A stretch of 64,000 nt of DNA, from positions 15,719 through 79,718 of the forward strand of contig JAUCBJ010002471.1 in assembly GCA_032718475.1 (NCBI GenBank), in the 5' to 3' direction. The notes beneath the pieces were generated by a model. It had not been told where the DNA came from and searched no databases. It saw nothing but the letters and a program-made list of their open reading frames with translations. How positions within the stretch are numbered: position 1 is the stretch's first letter; each line of letters starts with the position of its first letter. Below are positions 24,561 to 36,575 of this stretch, piece by piece. A program made the position numbers and the translations under genes. The stretch comes from Nemertoderma westbladi. Taxonomy: Eukaryota; Animalia; Xenacoelomorpha.

Positions 24561-25511
24561 TTTTTGAAAATGGATGAAGATATCGCGGCAGGGTTGTTTC
24601 CCTACAGTATATAATGGATGAGAAAGAAAATGTGTCGATTTTGGATTCATCCAATTAATCTGAAAATAGGAACGCATAGAGTTATAGGTACACTTTACTA
24701 TAGGCCTACTGCCGTCTTAAGGCAAAATACCATATCTCCAAAAATCGTGTTTTGAGTAATTTTAACGAAACGCGTTCTCTTCTACAAGTATGTTATTAAT
24801 TGGAACTGCAAGTCACCCAAATATACTAACTTAGAATTTAAAATGCAAGATACACAACTTTTGTAATTTGGGAGCTTAAAAAATGCTGAAAATATTTTAT
24901 AGGGTGTTTTGCCTCGAAAATGTTGGGACAAATGAATCTGAAAGCTGATATAGGGTGTTTTGTCTATCAAGAGTTCGAGTCAAATAGTTTAATATCTTCA
25001 AATAATAATAATGCAGGGTGGAAATTATACTTGGAATTTTGTAGTTAAGGGTTGGGTTTTGGTAAATAAAGCAAATTATAATTCAAAAACATGAGATAAA
25101 CAGCTGATCATTTCTGTATAATTGGTTGCCTGGTAACGTCATCATGGTTACCATTCCATGAATATAAAGTACTTAAACTCAACTCTGGGCAATCGACTAT
25201 AGTTACATCTTTGCCCGTAAATTTTTTAGAAATATTCTAGCTAGCTACTGTATAACTATGTGACCATTTTTACAAAACCCAGTCCGCCAAAATCAAACTC
25301 AGTCTACTTTGCCTTGAAGTGCAGTCCTTCATTATTTACATGTTCAGTTCACCATCACACTTAAACTAACTAATTTCAAAAATTTCTTGGAATTATTTGC
25401 CAAAGTCGTTGAATCAATTCATTGACTCTGTCTATGGGAACTCCTTTGGGTTGTGCCAGAGGACTGGACGTGGGATGCCCATAGTGGCATTGCGCTTCAA
25501 TAAGTTGACTC

Positions 25512-26030
25512 CACACAGCCACATATGCTCCCCACAGCCACATATCCTCCCCACAGCCACATATCCTCCCCACAGCCACATATCCTCCCCACACAGCCAC
25601 ATATCCTCCCCACAGCCACATATCCTCCCCACACAGCCACATATCCTCCCCACAGCCACATATCCTCCCCACACAGCCACATATCCTCCCCACAGCCACA
25701 TATCCTCCCCACACAGCCACATATCCTCCCCACACAGCCACATATCCTCCCCACAGCCACATATCCTCCCCACACAGCCACATATCCTCCCCACACAGCC
25801 ACATATCTTCCCCACAGTCACATATCCTCCCACACAGCCACATATCCTCCCCACACAGCCACATCTTCCCCACACAGCCACATATCCTCCCCACACAGCC
25901 ACATATCTTCCCCACAGCCACATATCCTCCCCACACAGCCACATATCTTCCCCACAGTCACATATCCTCCCCACACAGCCACATATCTTCCCCACAGTCA
26001 CATATCCTCCCCACACAGCCACATATCTTT
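25512..26030. repeat. 19/21-bp minisatellite (CACAGCCACATATCCTCCC[CA])n
   Basis: Directly visible array. The overlapping low-complexity ORFs are artefacts. Confidence 0.95.
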
Positions 26031-26259
26031 CTAGGGTATTTTGCCCAAATGTAAATGCGAACAAACTGAAATTCCCGCCAATATCTAAGCATAAGTAATA
26101 GGAAATAACACTATTATAAGCTTTTCTAAGGAAAAACACCCCACCTTTAAAATGTAAGGTAAACTGAATAAAAGTGTTACTAAGGCAAAATACCCTATGT
26201 ACCAGATTTTAGATGTAGGGTGTTTTGCCTTTAAATGACAGGGCTGAGGATCAAGCATA

Positions 26260-27055
26260 CTACTACTACTACTAGGATCGGCATGCTGCATTGCAGCTGC
26301 ATTTTTAAGAATGCTGTGCCGGCTTGTCAACAAAATTGCACCGCCACAACTCCCTATCACCCATGACATTTGCTAGATCATCCGCATCTTCAAGGCCAGT
26401 GTCCTTTAAGATGCGTCTCAAGAAAGTCATGGGCTGTCCACCATGCTTATTCACTCCATAAGGCTGCCAAAGTACAAGATTATGCACTGGCTGGTCCTCA
26501 CGGCGAAAGCAATGTCCTGCAAAGCGGAGGCGATTTCGTTCTAGTGTCAAGCTTGGGGGAACCAATGAGACACCTCCAATGTTATATAGTGTCTGGTTGG
26601 AGATGTGTGCATTGTACTTGACACAATGAACCCGGCGTAGCATTCTTGTGAATGTGCCATCCAGAGATTTGGTGTCCTCAGCAGTTAGAGCCCAGCATGG
26701 ACTCCCGTAAAGGAGTACTGGAACTACTGCTGCTCTAAATAATCGGACCTTAAGTTTCCGATTAATTCTCGGTGACTTCCAAATCCTGGAAAGCCTATTC
26801 AAGGCTGCCCATGCCTTTCCCTTACGTATTCGAAGGTCCTCACCTGACTTGGTAACAGAAGTCGTCCACATGCTCAAGCATACCATCCTTTGAGCTTATG
26901 CTCATCCGATCAGAGACTTGCTGAGGACTTTCAAAGTTAACTGTCAAAATAATTAATAAAAAGACCAACACTAGAAGCAGCATGTTCTAATGAGCTGAGG
27001 AGCCGTTGGGCTCCCTCTAGTGATTCTGAGAGTACTCCTAAGTCATCAGCAAAGT
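26260..27055 (-). mobile_element. 5'-truncated RTE-clade LINE with (TAG)n tail and 16-bp TSD
   Basis: RT remnant DFADDLGVLSES and C-terminus DLRIRKGKAWAALNRLSRIWKS...LKVRLFRA.V.PVLLYGS..W...LDG..TRMLR...RLRFAGHCFR...DRELWR. Tail at 26260-26274. TSD CTGAGGATCAAGCATA at 26244-26259 and 27056-27071. Confidence 0.92.
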
Positions 27056-27752
27056 CTGAGGATCAAGCATAGGGTGTTTTAAACTCGCAAAATATGACTT
27101 TATTGCATATATACCTTGTATTTCTTGGTTTCATTTGAAAGAGCGCCTTAAATTAGGCCGGTGTGTACAATAAAAAAAAATTTCAAAAATTTTGAGATAG
27201 GGCATTCTGCCTTAAGACGGCAGTATAGTTCAGAGAATATGGTAATAAGGTCTTCTATTACAATCGTATAATTGAAGACCATGTTTGAGAATGTTCAATA
27301 TTAAAAAATAGTTTTGAAATTGGCAATTTATCAGAATTTTTGCAATATAATATATATATACAAACTATAGATAGGTGATGAAAGATGAAAGCTCATTATG
27401 TGCATCGGGCCTAAATAATTATTAAACTGAAGGTATTCGCGAGGTTTCTTTCTTAGATTAATGTCATTCGATTTGTACCATTATATATTATTATGGAATA
27501 CAAATACCCTAAATAGAGAGCAGCTCAACTATAGAAAAACATAATGAGATATTCAATTATGGCGCACCGCACACATAATTTTTCCCTGACATTTTCTTCA
27601 GATTCGGACCAAAAAGTAATTTATATTTAAGAATAAAATAAAATAGCGAATACAATTCAGTTGACAATAAATTAGTATACGATAAGATATCAGTCAATAA
27701 ACAGTTCCAGTGGTGAGATACGATGTAACTTTGCGAGCTGTTCAATCCCCAA

Positions 27753-27974
27753 CTATTTTCGGCCATCTATGGCACAATGAATCTCGCAGATATCCACGCA
27801 CCCCGAGTAGGGGTACAAGGCCTGACAATCGAACATACACCTCATACAGCTGTATGGCTCCCAGTTGTCATGTCCGTAAAGTGTCCCGCTGATTTGTTGT
27901 GGGTATGGCGCACCAAAGGATACCGCCACCATGGTAACAAGGACTAGAAGTATTGAGTAGTTGTAGTTTGCCAT
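27753..27974 (-). CDS. Small secreted cysteine-rich peptide precursor (73 aa) with C-terminal GRK amidation signal
   Basis: Hydrophobic signal peptide (YSILLVLVTMVAVSFG-A), six Cys in Cx2Cx3Cx8Cx3Cx3C spacing, ending ...CAIDGRK*. A polypyrimidine/AG acceptor (TTTTCTTTAG) directly precedes the ATG. Confidence 0.75.
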   Translation of the reverse strand: MANYNYSILLVLVTMVAVSFGAPYPQQISGTLYGHDNWEPYSCMRCMFDCQALYPYSGCVDICEIHCAIDGRK

Positions 27975-28009
27975 CTAAAGAAAATTAAAATATATAATCT
28001 TAAATAATA

Positions 28010-28760
28010 AGGATATGGAACCCGAGGCCGGGGGTGAGAGAAGGCGAAGGAGAGAAGGGCACCTCCGCAGCTCAAGATATTTAGGTATTAAAGTATTTTA
28101 GGTTGCTAAACGACGTCGAGCTTGCCGTGTTCATTTTAGTATTTGGCGTGAGGGGTTTATTGAGAGGACGGGGCAAATATCTCGTGGCAAGTTCAAGAGA
28201 TAGTACCTACCGGTTGCAGCTTCCAAACAGAAGAAGCCTGCAAACGCAACTGAGGCGAGAGTTCGTGGAATGGCCGGACCTATAGTTCGGGAATAACCCA
28301 GGACTGTTGCTCGATTTATATGACGGTTCCGCTGGTTCAGCCGCTTCCAGATTGAAGAGAGAAATCCTGGACCGCGGTTGTATGTTATGTATTCCCAATA
28401 TTGGTTCTGTACTTGTTGGTTGAAAATTCCTGGTAATTTGTCGATGATATCCAATATTCATCGAAATATAAGGTTTTTTTCTTGTACTAAGTGAAGAGCC
28501 ATGGGTGGGGAAACCGAAGAAGTCGTTTTATAAAAGTCGTTTTAAATTTGAAACTGCAAGGAAATTGGCAAATTGATGACAATAGGATATATTTTCATTC
28601 GTAATATTTTTAGAGCAGTTTCTGTAGATACAAGTTGAATGTTTGAGAGTGAGCCAATAATTCCAAAAGCTTTATTTTTCTTGGACTTTATATGACTCTG
28701 TAAATCTGAGTTGATTGTTGAAGTATAACACAGATATATTTGTATTTTGAACATATTGTA
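28010..28760 (-). mobile_element. Degenerate non-LTR retrotransposon 3' end
   Basis: Fragments KNKAFGIIGSL...TETALKILRMKIYPI and IIDKLPG..NQ....W resemble LINE ORF2 C-terminal regions, followed by a GC-rich 3'-UTR-like tract and a TTA-rich end. Confidence 0.45.
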
Positions 28761-31529
28761 ACCAGTTGACCCTCGTAAGTAAGTATGTCGGATGTTGAAA
28801 GCTTTATATACATTATTAATAATAATAGAAAAACGAATTATCTTATAAAGAAGTGTTTGTCAATTAAATAGTCTGGTACAGATGCCTATGAACTAGTCTA
28901 ATACTTTCGATCGGATATTCATATTGAATGTTGGCAACAGCTATCGCCCTGTAGCAAAATGACAGAGTCAAGTCAAGAAATGTTTGGAAAAAATTTCGAT
29001 GGCGACACCTAAAAAAAACCAAAAAAGCCGAAATAAAAATTCTGACTAATCCAGTAATTACAATATCGGGAGGGCAAATTAGTTCCGTTTCAAATGTCAA
29101 TTTTCATCCGATCTCATTAAGCTTTGTAGACAGATTATGTTGAGGCTGGGGGTGGACCCATCTGGCGGGATACACACTCCAACCAATCAACCCGATATTA
29201 TGCAACATTATCCATCGATCCCAATCAACGTAACCCGACTCAACTAATCAACCGAATTTTATCTCACCTCATTTACGATATCAGTTACGGGAAACCCGAA
29301 GGATGAGTCACCTGTAATTAAATCAACCTTTTGGGATCATCAATCACCTAGAGGTTTGTTGTATTCAATCCGAGCTCACCGCATCCAATCTCGGTTTCTT
29401 ATGTTAACCACCAACATTAGCGATGCGACTAAAGCGATAACCTTAGCGGGAGGCCTCCAGTAATTGATTAATGGCAACCAGGAAATCATCATTGAAACAC
29501 ACGGCGTTACTAATAAAGAATTATTTGCTTTGGCATCAATCAACAACCATCTCAATGGCTTTAGAGAATACTTAATGAGTTAGGCTAAGCCTGTATCTAG
29601 GCTATGGCTAACAAAGGGATGAGATAGTTAGTACACAGTAGTGCAGCTGATAATGTTATACGGTGTTTCTGTGATTTCTTTCGAGTCCTTAGCCTTGAGG
29701 GATTAGATTAGTGTGTGGGGAAACTGGAGTTCTACAGAGAGGAAACTTGCTGAAATTATTAGTTTAGTATTTTGCAGATGGGAAAAAAAGTTGAACAAAA
29801 GTGGTCACGTTCTTCCAAGGTAATATATACCATAATATATACAGAAAATAAATGATATATTTAAATCATGCCAATGCTTTTATTTATATCAGCAGCGAAA
29901 AGTCAAATCTACGCACGCATTTTATGTTAAACTTGACTAAACTAACCTAAACTTGAGGCATAAAAACGATAAGTAGATGTGGAAAATGAGATCAGAGCAG
30001 ATAAATTATCCCAACTTGGACCTACCGAGGCATTTGTAACTTAATTTCGATAACTAAAAAGCATTTTTCTTACATGCCTTTAGTTTGATGGTATAGTCGG
30101 ACACACCTTGGTGTGGTGTGGTCTGTCTGTAGTCGTGGTACAGTCCGAAACCAAGATTTCACACAAATTTGGTTCCAGATGTCGTGCGAGGGTTCGAGAC
30201 CCGCAATTCGGCCTGGGGTGTTTTAATTTCGAAAGGAATGTTCTAAAAGGACTATCCACCGACGACGTAACCTTACATCGTCTCTAAATAAAGGAGTGCT
30301 ACAATTATATTTTGGGGAGTACAGTTATGGGGGAGGGGAATAAGTTGTCAGACTTTGTCAGAAATCTCTGGCCTAACGGCCGATAAAAACTTTACTTTTT
30401 TGCTTCGTAATAAATCTATCAACCATAAAATCACATATAGAGACACCACAAACGAAGGGCAACTAAGGACTAACAATATCTCTAAACTTAACTTACCATT
30501 AAAATAATACTGTTTCAAGTTGGTTAAGACAATTATTAGGCCTAGTTGAAAGACAGTAGAAGAATTAAAACGCCGTGGGTTAGTTTGTGAAACAAACTCA
30601 AAAAACGATTACACAATGGCTGTGTAGAATGGAATAACATCGCTTAACTTTATCACAACGGATACCATAACTAAAAGTTTCTTTATGAGTAGATATGTTC
30701 TCATTGGTTCCTTTAGCAAGCAGGTAAACTCAAATCATTCTGATTGGCTAAATGTTATTTTACTTATTTAGGGTAATGGCTGCCATGTAGTTTTTCACGC
30801 GTTCATTCGAGCGTAACAATGGAAGATCACTCCAAGAATATGAAAACGAAATATATCACCTATAGATGCTAGTTAATAGGAGTGTAAATATTCAGTGAAA
30901 TAGAATTATCAGCCGACATCCTACAGCGTATAATAAGGGATTCTATATAAATATTTATTGCGCAGTAAATAAAATAGGCTTCATTTATCGCTTGTTCCGA
31001 GATCTCTTATTAACGACGAGCACAGCAAGCAAGATAAATGAGCAAAATCGTGGGGAAAAAAGGAAATATTATTTAATTTACTGAACATAAACAATGTAAT
31101 TTTATTGTGAAAAACTTTTAAAGTGAAGTTTTTATTTGACTACGTGATTTATTGGTTTCTTGTTAGGAACTCTAAACTTCGCCTCCAAAAAACGACAACT
31201 TCCAAGATGCTGTAAATCTATCTTCGGTGCGTGGCCATGGATTCGATTTCCGCAGACAACAATCGCTAAAGTCGCCGGAAATCGGGTACATGCTAAACCA
31301 TAAAACAACCTGAAACGACCTGAAACAACCTGAAACGACCTGAAACATAGAGTTGCAAGTGAACGCTGAAGAAACATAAAAATTAATTGATAATTATATA
31401 ATTTATAAATTAATTGTCAAGCTAGTTAAGTAAAAACCTTATCGGTAGGTATGCAAAGACCAAAGAATGTAAAATACCAAAAAGCAACAAGATCTAAAAG
31501 GTTGCATGCAATCAGTGATCAGCTGACGG

Positions 31530-31900
31530 CAGTCTTACCGGTCGGTTTCGCTTCATGAAGGAAGGCATTCTCAGGAGGACAAGACCAGAGATGAAATTTA
31601 GAGTGTAAGTCCCAAAGGAGAAAGAACGGGCGATACCAGTAACTATCCACTGGGAAGCGAAGCAGCACCACAAACTTGCGCCAATAACGTTTATGCTTAT
31701 TGATAAGGGGCCGGCGAATGCGAATATAATTAATTTCAAGCTTTTGCAGAGCAGGCAACAATGGGTGCCGTGCTATTACTTTGAAATGTTTAAATAGCTC
31801 GCGCCAGTCAGTCAGCCAACGTGTATTGGGCTCGCCACTGTGTGTCATGGTCCATGATGCCTGATATGGTTGTGCAGTGTACAGTCTTGCCCCCCCTTCA
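31530..31900 (+). mobile_element. Possible Gypsy/Ginger integrase zinc-binding-domain remnant
   Basis: Plus frame RFRFMKEGILRR...FRV*VPKEKERAIPVTIHW...HHKLA..TFMLI... resembles the F....G.L.....RV.VP...R..IL...H.....H.G...T pattern. Heavily degenerate. Confidence 0.3.
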
Positions 31901-31911
31901 CTAATCACTAC

Positions 31912-33636
31912 TAGGGATGTCCCGGAATTCCGTTCCGGCCGGAATTCCGGTGGTTTTTGCCAGATTCCGGTTCCGGCCGGAATTGCCGGAATGGGGTCAA
32001 TTCCGGCCGGAATTTTACCGGAATTACCAGTTTACTAGTGTAATAGTTTTAATTAGTTTGTGAAATTATTATCACACATAATGTAAAAACAATTACAATA
32101 TTATAATAGGTATTGTCCAACATAACATCGTATTACCCCTAAAGCTGTAGCTTATTTACAAAGGGGTCCTTTATGTCACTCACTATGTTACTTAATTAGG
32201 TCCTGCGTCATTAGCCTTAGGTGTTGCGTAACACAGTAGTTTTATTTATACAGAAAATATAATTCTTACCAAAATATATTTATTCCCAGCAAAAATTAAA
32301 TTGTAATATGTAATATTGACTCTCGTTTATTGATTTCGAGAATTACATGTCACTGTAACCTGCTTCTTTCCATTAACGGCGCCAGGATATTGAACCTAAG
32401 CAATTAATAATACATTTTTGGTCTACGTTGGTTTTTAGGTATGAGCCCCAAAACCTAACTTTTGGCCAAGGTTATGGGTTTTTGGAAAAATAATGAAATT
32501 TAATTCCATGTCGTTTAACCCTGTTTGACCCGGGGTGGTCATTTTAGAAATTTTTTTGTAACTCAACTGTATCTTTTAGCCAGGTATGGTGGGAAAACCT
32601 AGATTTCGCGACTTTTCATAAAATTTAATGGGCAATCCACCAGCGCAAACGCCAAAAACATAGCTTTGTTAGTTTTCGTGTTGTCCCATTCTGGCACTCA
32701 TCTCCAGTAATTTTCGGCGAAAATTTTTTCAAAAGTTTTAATAGCTCGATAAAAATAATTTATTTGCGCTACCGGTATATAGCGGTTCTTTTAGATGATG
32801 ATCACGATTATAGAACTCAGATATAACAGACGAGGGAAAATTTCTAGTAATGAAAAAAACACGAAGAAAACAAGTAGTGCAAATATGATAATGAAAAATC
32901 ACCACAAATCAAACTAATTTTATGGCATTAGGGGCTTTCCGGGATGCTGATCATGAATATGAAACTCATATCCTATCACATCCGATTCATTATGGCATTT
33001 TTGGACATGTGCCAATTTGGAACGAAAAATAGAAGTACCGGTAGCACAAATTGATAAAAATTTAATGTTTACAAGCTTCCATTAAATATTCTTAACAAGT
33101 TCAATCGTGATCAGCGACCTTGACCCTATAGATTCAGAATTATCCATCCAAACACAACGTGTTTTAGTTTGACAATTTTTCACTTGTACTTTTCGTCCTG
33201 GGGGACCAGAATAGTGCAACAAAATGATGGCTGCAATGCCAGAAAATATTTTTAAAAAATTATATTTTCAGCCAAGATCTAAAAAAATTCTAAAAATGAC
33301 AACCCACCCAGGGCCGATTACTAAAAATAGACCTGACCAGATAGGGTTAAGGCCCCCAAGTACCCCAGCCCAAATTTCAATTTCTCCTGCTTCTGGGCCA
33401 GGCCACTCTCACACCAAAATTCCCCCAAGGTGCTTTTTCATCTTATTAGTAAACTTAGCTTTAGAAATTAAAAAAATACGTATATTTCACAAAAAAATAT
33501 AAAGGGTAATGGTCATTTAGTGTATTTCACTAACTACATAAAAATTCCGGTTCCGGCCGGATTCCGGCCGGAATATTCCGGCATACTGAATTCCGGTTCC
33601 GGCCGGAATCAAAATATCGATTCCGGGACATCCCTA
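31912..33636. mobile_element. Non-autonomous hAT (Ac-like) element
   Basis: TIR TAGGGATGTCCCGGAAT / ATTCCGGGACATCCCTA, 8-bp TSD ATCACTAC at 31904-31911 and 33637-33644, and subterminal TTCCGGCCGGAA repeats. A fragment of the same family lies at ~42008-42056. Confidence 0.93.
32519..33346. mobile_element. piggyBac-like MITE nested in the hAT element
   Basis: TTAA|CCCTGTTTGACC ... GACCAGATAGGG|TTAA, with TTAA at 32515-32518 and 33347-33350. Confidence 0.65.
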
Positions 33637-34220
33637 ATCACTACCATCTACTACGAGCTACTAACGACCAGGCCCAAGCTCAGAGAATCATAAAATACAT
33701 ACTAGACAGACACAGAAACATAGATCCTAGACGCAAACTACTGTAAAAGATATACGCTACCGACCTATACTGAGCTAAAACTGGCTAAAACTTATGCCGA
33801 ACTAAATGAGTTATGCTATATTATGCGAAGCCACCGACATAAACCGAGCTATATTGGTGGAATACAAGGCTATAACGACAGATATAGGGCTAATAACGAC
33901 ATATGCCGAACTATAAATAAAGTCGCAAAACGAATATCGGGTTGCCCCAGTGTTTCCCTCAAAATACAATGCGGGAGTTAATATTACTATTTATTGGAAT
34001 TATCCAAGTGACGCACCTGGGATCTAAGTTCGCACTTAGGATTTGATTTTGCGTCTATGATCTATGTTTATGTCTCAGTCCATGTAGCAAATCTTATTTA
34101 TTCATTTTTGTTAAATATTATTATTTTATATAAAATCAAACAAGTCTGCTGGAATACCACACAACACCACTTACCCGACCGAGAGCAGTCTATCATTTAC
34201 TCCATATTTCCAGACCGTCT

Positions 34221-35872
34221 CTAGAATTTGGAACTGTATAATTTGCTGCCATCAGTTTGGGTGGCAGATCTGGCTACTTTCTGTAACCATAGCAACAACT
34301 GTTTATCGTCATCGCCCAAGTCCCGGATATAAGGTCTCATTTCCGTCAATGTCCATCGGGACTTCAATTCAAACAAAGTCTTAAATCTAAAAAGAGTCGA
34401 TAAATAAAATTAAATTTCAATATTTTATTCCAACTGTAACCGCCACCGTTGAGCCGCTAGTATTGAGTATTGCCTGTGATTGGCTATTATGTTATATTAC
34501 ATTACTCTAAGACAACTGTGGATGATTTTGAAACAGTTAAATTAATAATTATTTTATTAATAATTATTATCAAACTATATTTTGCGATATGTATATACAG
34601 TATCATGTTATTTTACTGACTTAGTATTACAGCGACTTCGAAAGAAAATATACTAAATAATAGCACTAGTTCAATTTCAAAGAAAATATATAACCTGAAA
34701 AATGTTATTTCGCGTTATTGCGTTATGTAGTGTACTACGGTACGGAGGCGTCATTGTACGGTTATACATTAATTGTCGTTTGAATTACAAATTGTTGCAC
34801 GTAAATAACAAAATAACTAAATAATTATACAAATACGAATACAAATACAAAAATAAATAAAATCTCTCGCGAGGATAAAGGGAACTAACCTATTCGGGGG
34901 GTCGTCAGTTAATTCTCCGGCTTTAAATAAAAATATACTCTCCGGGACGGTTTTGGTGTCGACCAAAGCGAGTCCGGCCAGATGGTCTGTTCGGGTGATC
35001 ATTCCGTCCGGGACACTTTCCGACCAACACGACATAAACTCAGCCCTGTTGAAGCGGCCCCCGCTCGCACTCAGCAGGTACTCGGCACTCCATCGGCACA
35101 CGGAATCCTCCACCAGACTGAAACACTCTCCGATACGCTCGGCGAAATGGGACAACACGAAATCAACAACGGACGACTCCTCCAGCCGGTACAGCGCCTC
35201 TAGACACTGATTGGCTGGAATGGATGACCAATGACAACCTACCTCGTTGTAATGGTTTATAATAGACATAAGAACGCGACTCATATAGTCGAAATCTAAC
35301 CTTCTCCAATATCCGTCAATCTCAAATCCCCAAGACTGGGTCAGAGCGTTCTGTATTTCCGTCTGGCTGGCAGCGACCTCACTAAGAAAATCCTTCAAGC
35401 GAAATTGTTCTGTATCTTCATTTTCGTACTCTTTGCCCTTATAAGGACTTATGTTGAGTAGTTCTCGGAGTCTATCGAGATACGGGCGACGAGGTTTTAT
35501 CTCATAGTAAACGTGGCTCCAATGTCGTACCTCAGTGTTCCGTAACTCCATAGCCCCATCGGCAGTATCTGTGCCTTCAGTTATCGGTAATACGAGCATC
35601 GTATTGGATGATTCCGTCTGTTTTATATCGAAAGTCTCTGTTTCGGTACAGATAACGGCTAGGTCGTCCTCTCGTCCGCGAATAACCAGGGATTTCCCAG
35701 ATGACAGATAGTTCAGGAGTTTATCGTCCAGCTCGATGAGTTTATATTCCGACGACTCGTTGACCTCGTTCGGGTAACGGATTCCCTCAACTACCGGTTT
35801 GTAATGGTCCAGCACTAGGTTGGCTGCGTCAGCTGTCTCCTTAACTTCATCGATAGTACGATTCTGATTCAT
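34221..35872 (-). CDS. DSCC1: Sister chromatid cohesion protein DCC1; exons 35872-34890 and 34386-34221
   Basis: MNQNRTIDEV...YKLIELD...SLVIRG.EDDLAVICTETETFDIK.TESSN..., IDGYWRRLD, F...W..SVP.GM....L.GLALVD. A GT-AG intron at 34889-34387 joins PPN-R to FKTLFELKSRWTLTEMRPYIRDL...YSSKF*, the conserved RF..LF..R.KW....I.PYI.DL end. A probable 5'-UTR intron lies at 36190-35961. Confidence 0.93.
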
Positions 35873-36265
35873 TATTTTGTTGTCCTTGGCTGCTTGGAGC
35901 AGTGCAGCAGTGGAGGTGGTAGCAGGTGGAGCCTTGCTGCCTTGTGTCTTCAAAATAAAACTGTAATACTGTTATGCAGCCAGGCAGCTGTGTGTCTGTC
36001 AGTCTGTGTGTACCTGTCCTGTTTTAACAGTCTAACACTAACAGTATGAGTAGGCCTACAGTAAGTTAAATTTACTACAGTACTTTAATAATACTGTAGG
36101 TGTAGCTGTAGTTAACTAGGTCTACCTAAATGCTAAATCCCGGACCCGTTCCGTGTCCCGGTCCTTCTGTCCTTCTGTCTCTGTCCTTACCGCAGAGCAG
36201 CAGAGTTGACGCACGACCGGCACCGGTCCGGTACCATGGTGTTACAGTAGGAACTGAATACAAAT

Positions 36266-36281
36266 TTCAAATTCCCGCCAA
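36266..36281 (-). promoter_or_regulatory. E2F site abutting a CHR element (DREAM-type composite) upstream of DSCC1
   Basis: The minus strand reads TTGGCGGGAA-TTTGAA just upstream of the putative first non-coding exon of DSCC1. Confidence 0.65.
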
Positions 36282-36387
36282 TTTTATGTGCTTTATTTGG
36301 CAGTGATTTTTTATGGACTTTTTTTTTACTTTTTTTGACCGTATCTTTTACGAAATTTGCTTTGCATAATGCCTTTTTATAGGGTTA

Positions 36388-36575
36388 CGTCGACAGCCGA
36401 TAACCGACAGCCGATAACCGACAGCCGAAAACCGACAGCTGACATCGACAACCGACAACAGACAACCGACAGCCGACAACAGACAACCGTCAGCTGACAG
36501 CCGACGACCGACAGCCGCGAAGCGACAATCGATATCCGACAGCCGACAGCAGACAACCGTCAGCAGACAACCGAC
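36388..36575. repeat. Degenerate (ACCGACAGCCGAYA)-type short tandem repeat
   Basis: Visible 7/14-bp periodicity; probably TE-derived. Confidence 0.8.

Larger units (their letters stand above)
24709..27223. mobile_element. Non-autonomous DNA transposon with TA TSD (Tc1/mariner-type), hosting a minisatellite and an RTE insertion
   Basis: TA|CTGCCGTCTTAAGGCAAAATACC ... GGGCATTCTGCCTTAAGACGGCAG|TA, with internal AGGGTGTTTTGCC repeats. Confidence 0.75.

Noticed and set aside
25376-26139. His/Pro-rich and Cys/Gly/Trp-rich ORFs
   Set aside because: Translations of the 19/21-bp minisatellite, open in several frames.
30090-30215. tRNA-like B box (GGTTCGAGACCC)
   Set aside because: No complete cloverleaf could be built; at most a degenerate SINE head.
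34817-34889. ORF-track C-terminus of DCC1 (LVPFILARDF...) and its TTG start at 35953
   Set aside because: This is intronic read-through; the conserved end is on the next exon and the conserved start is the ATG at 35872.
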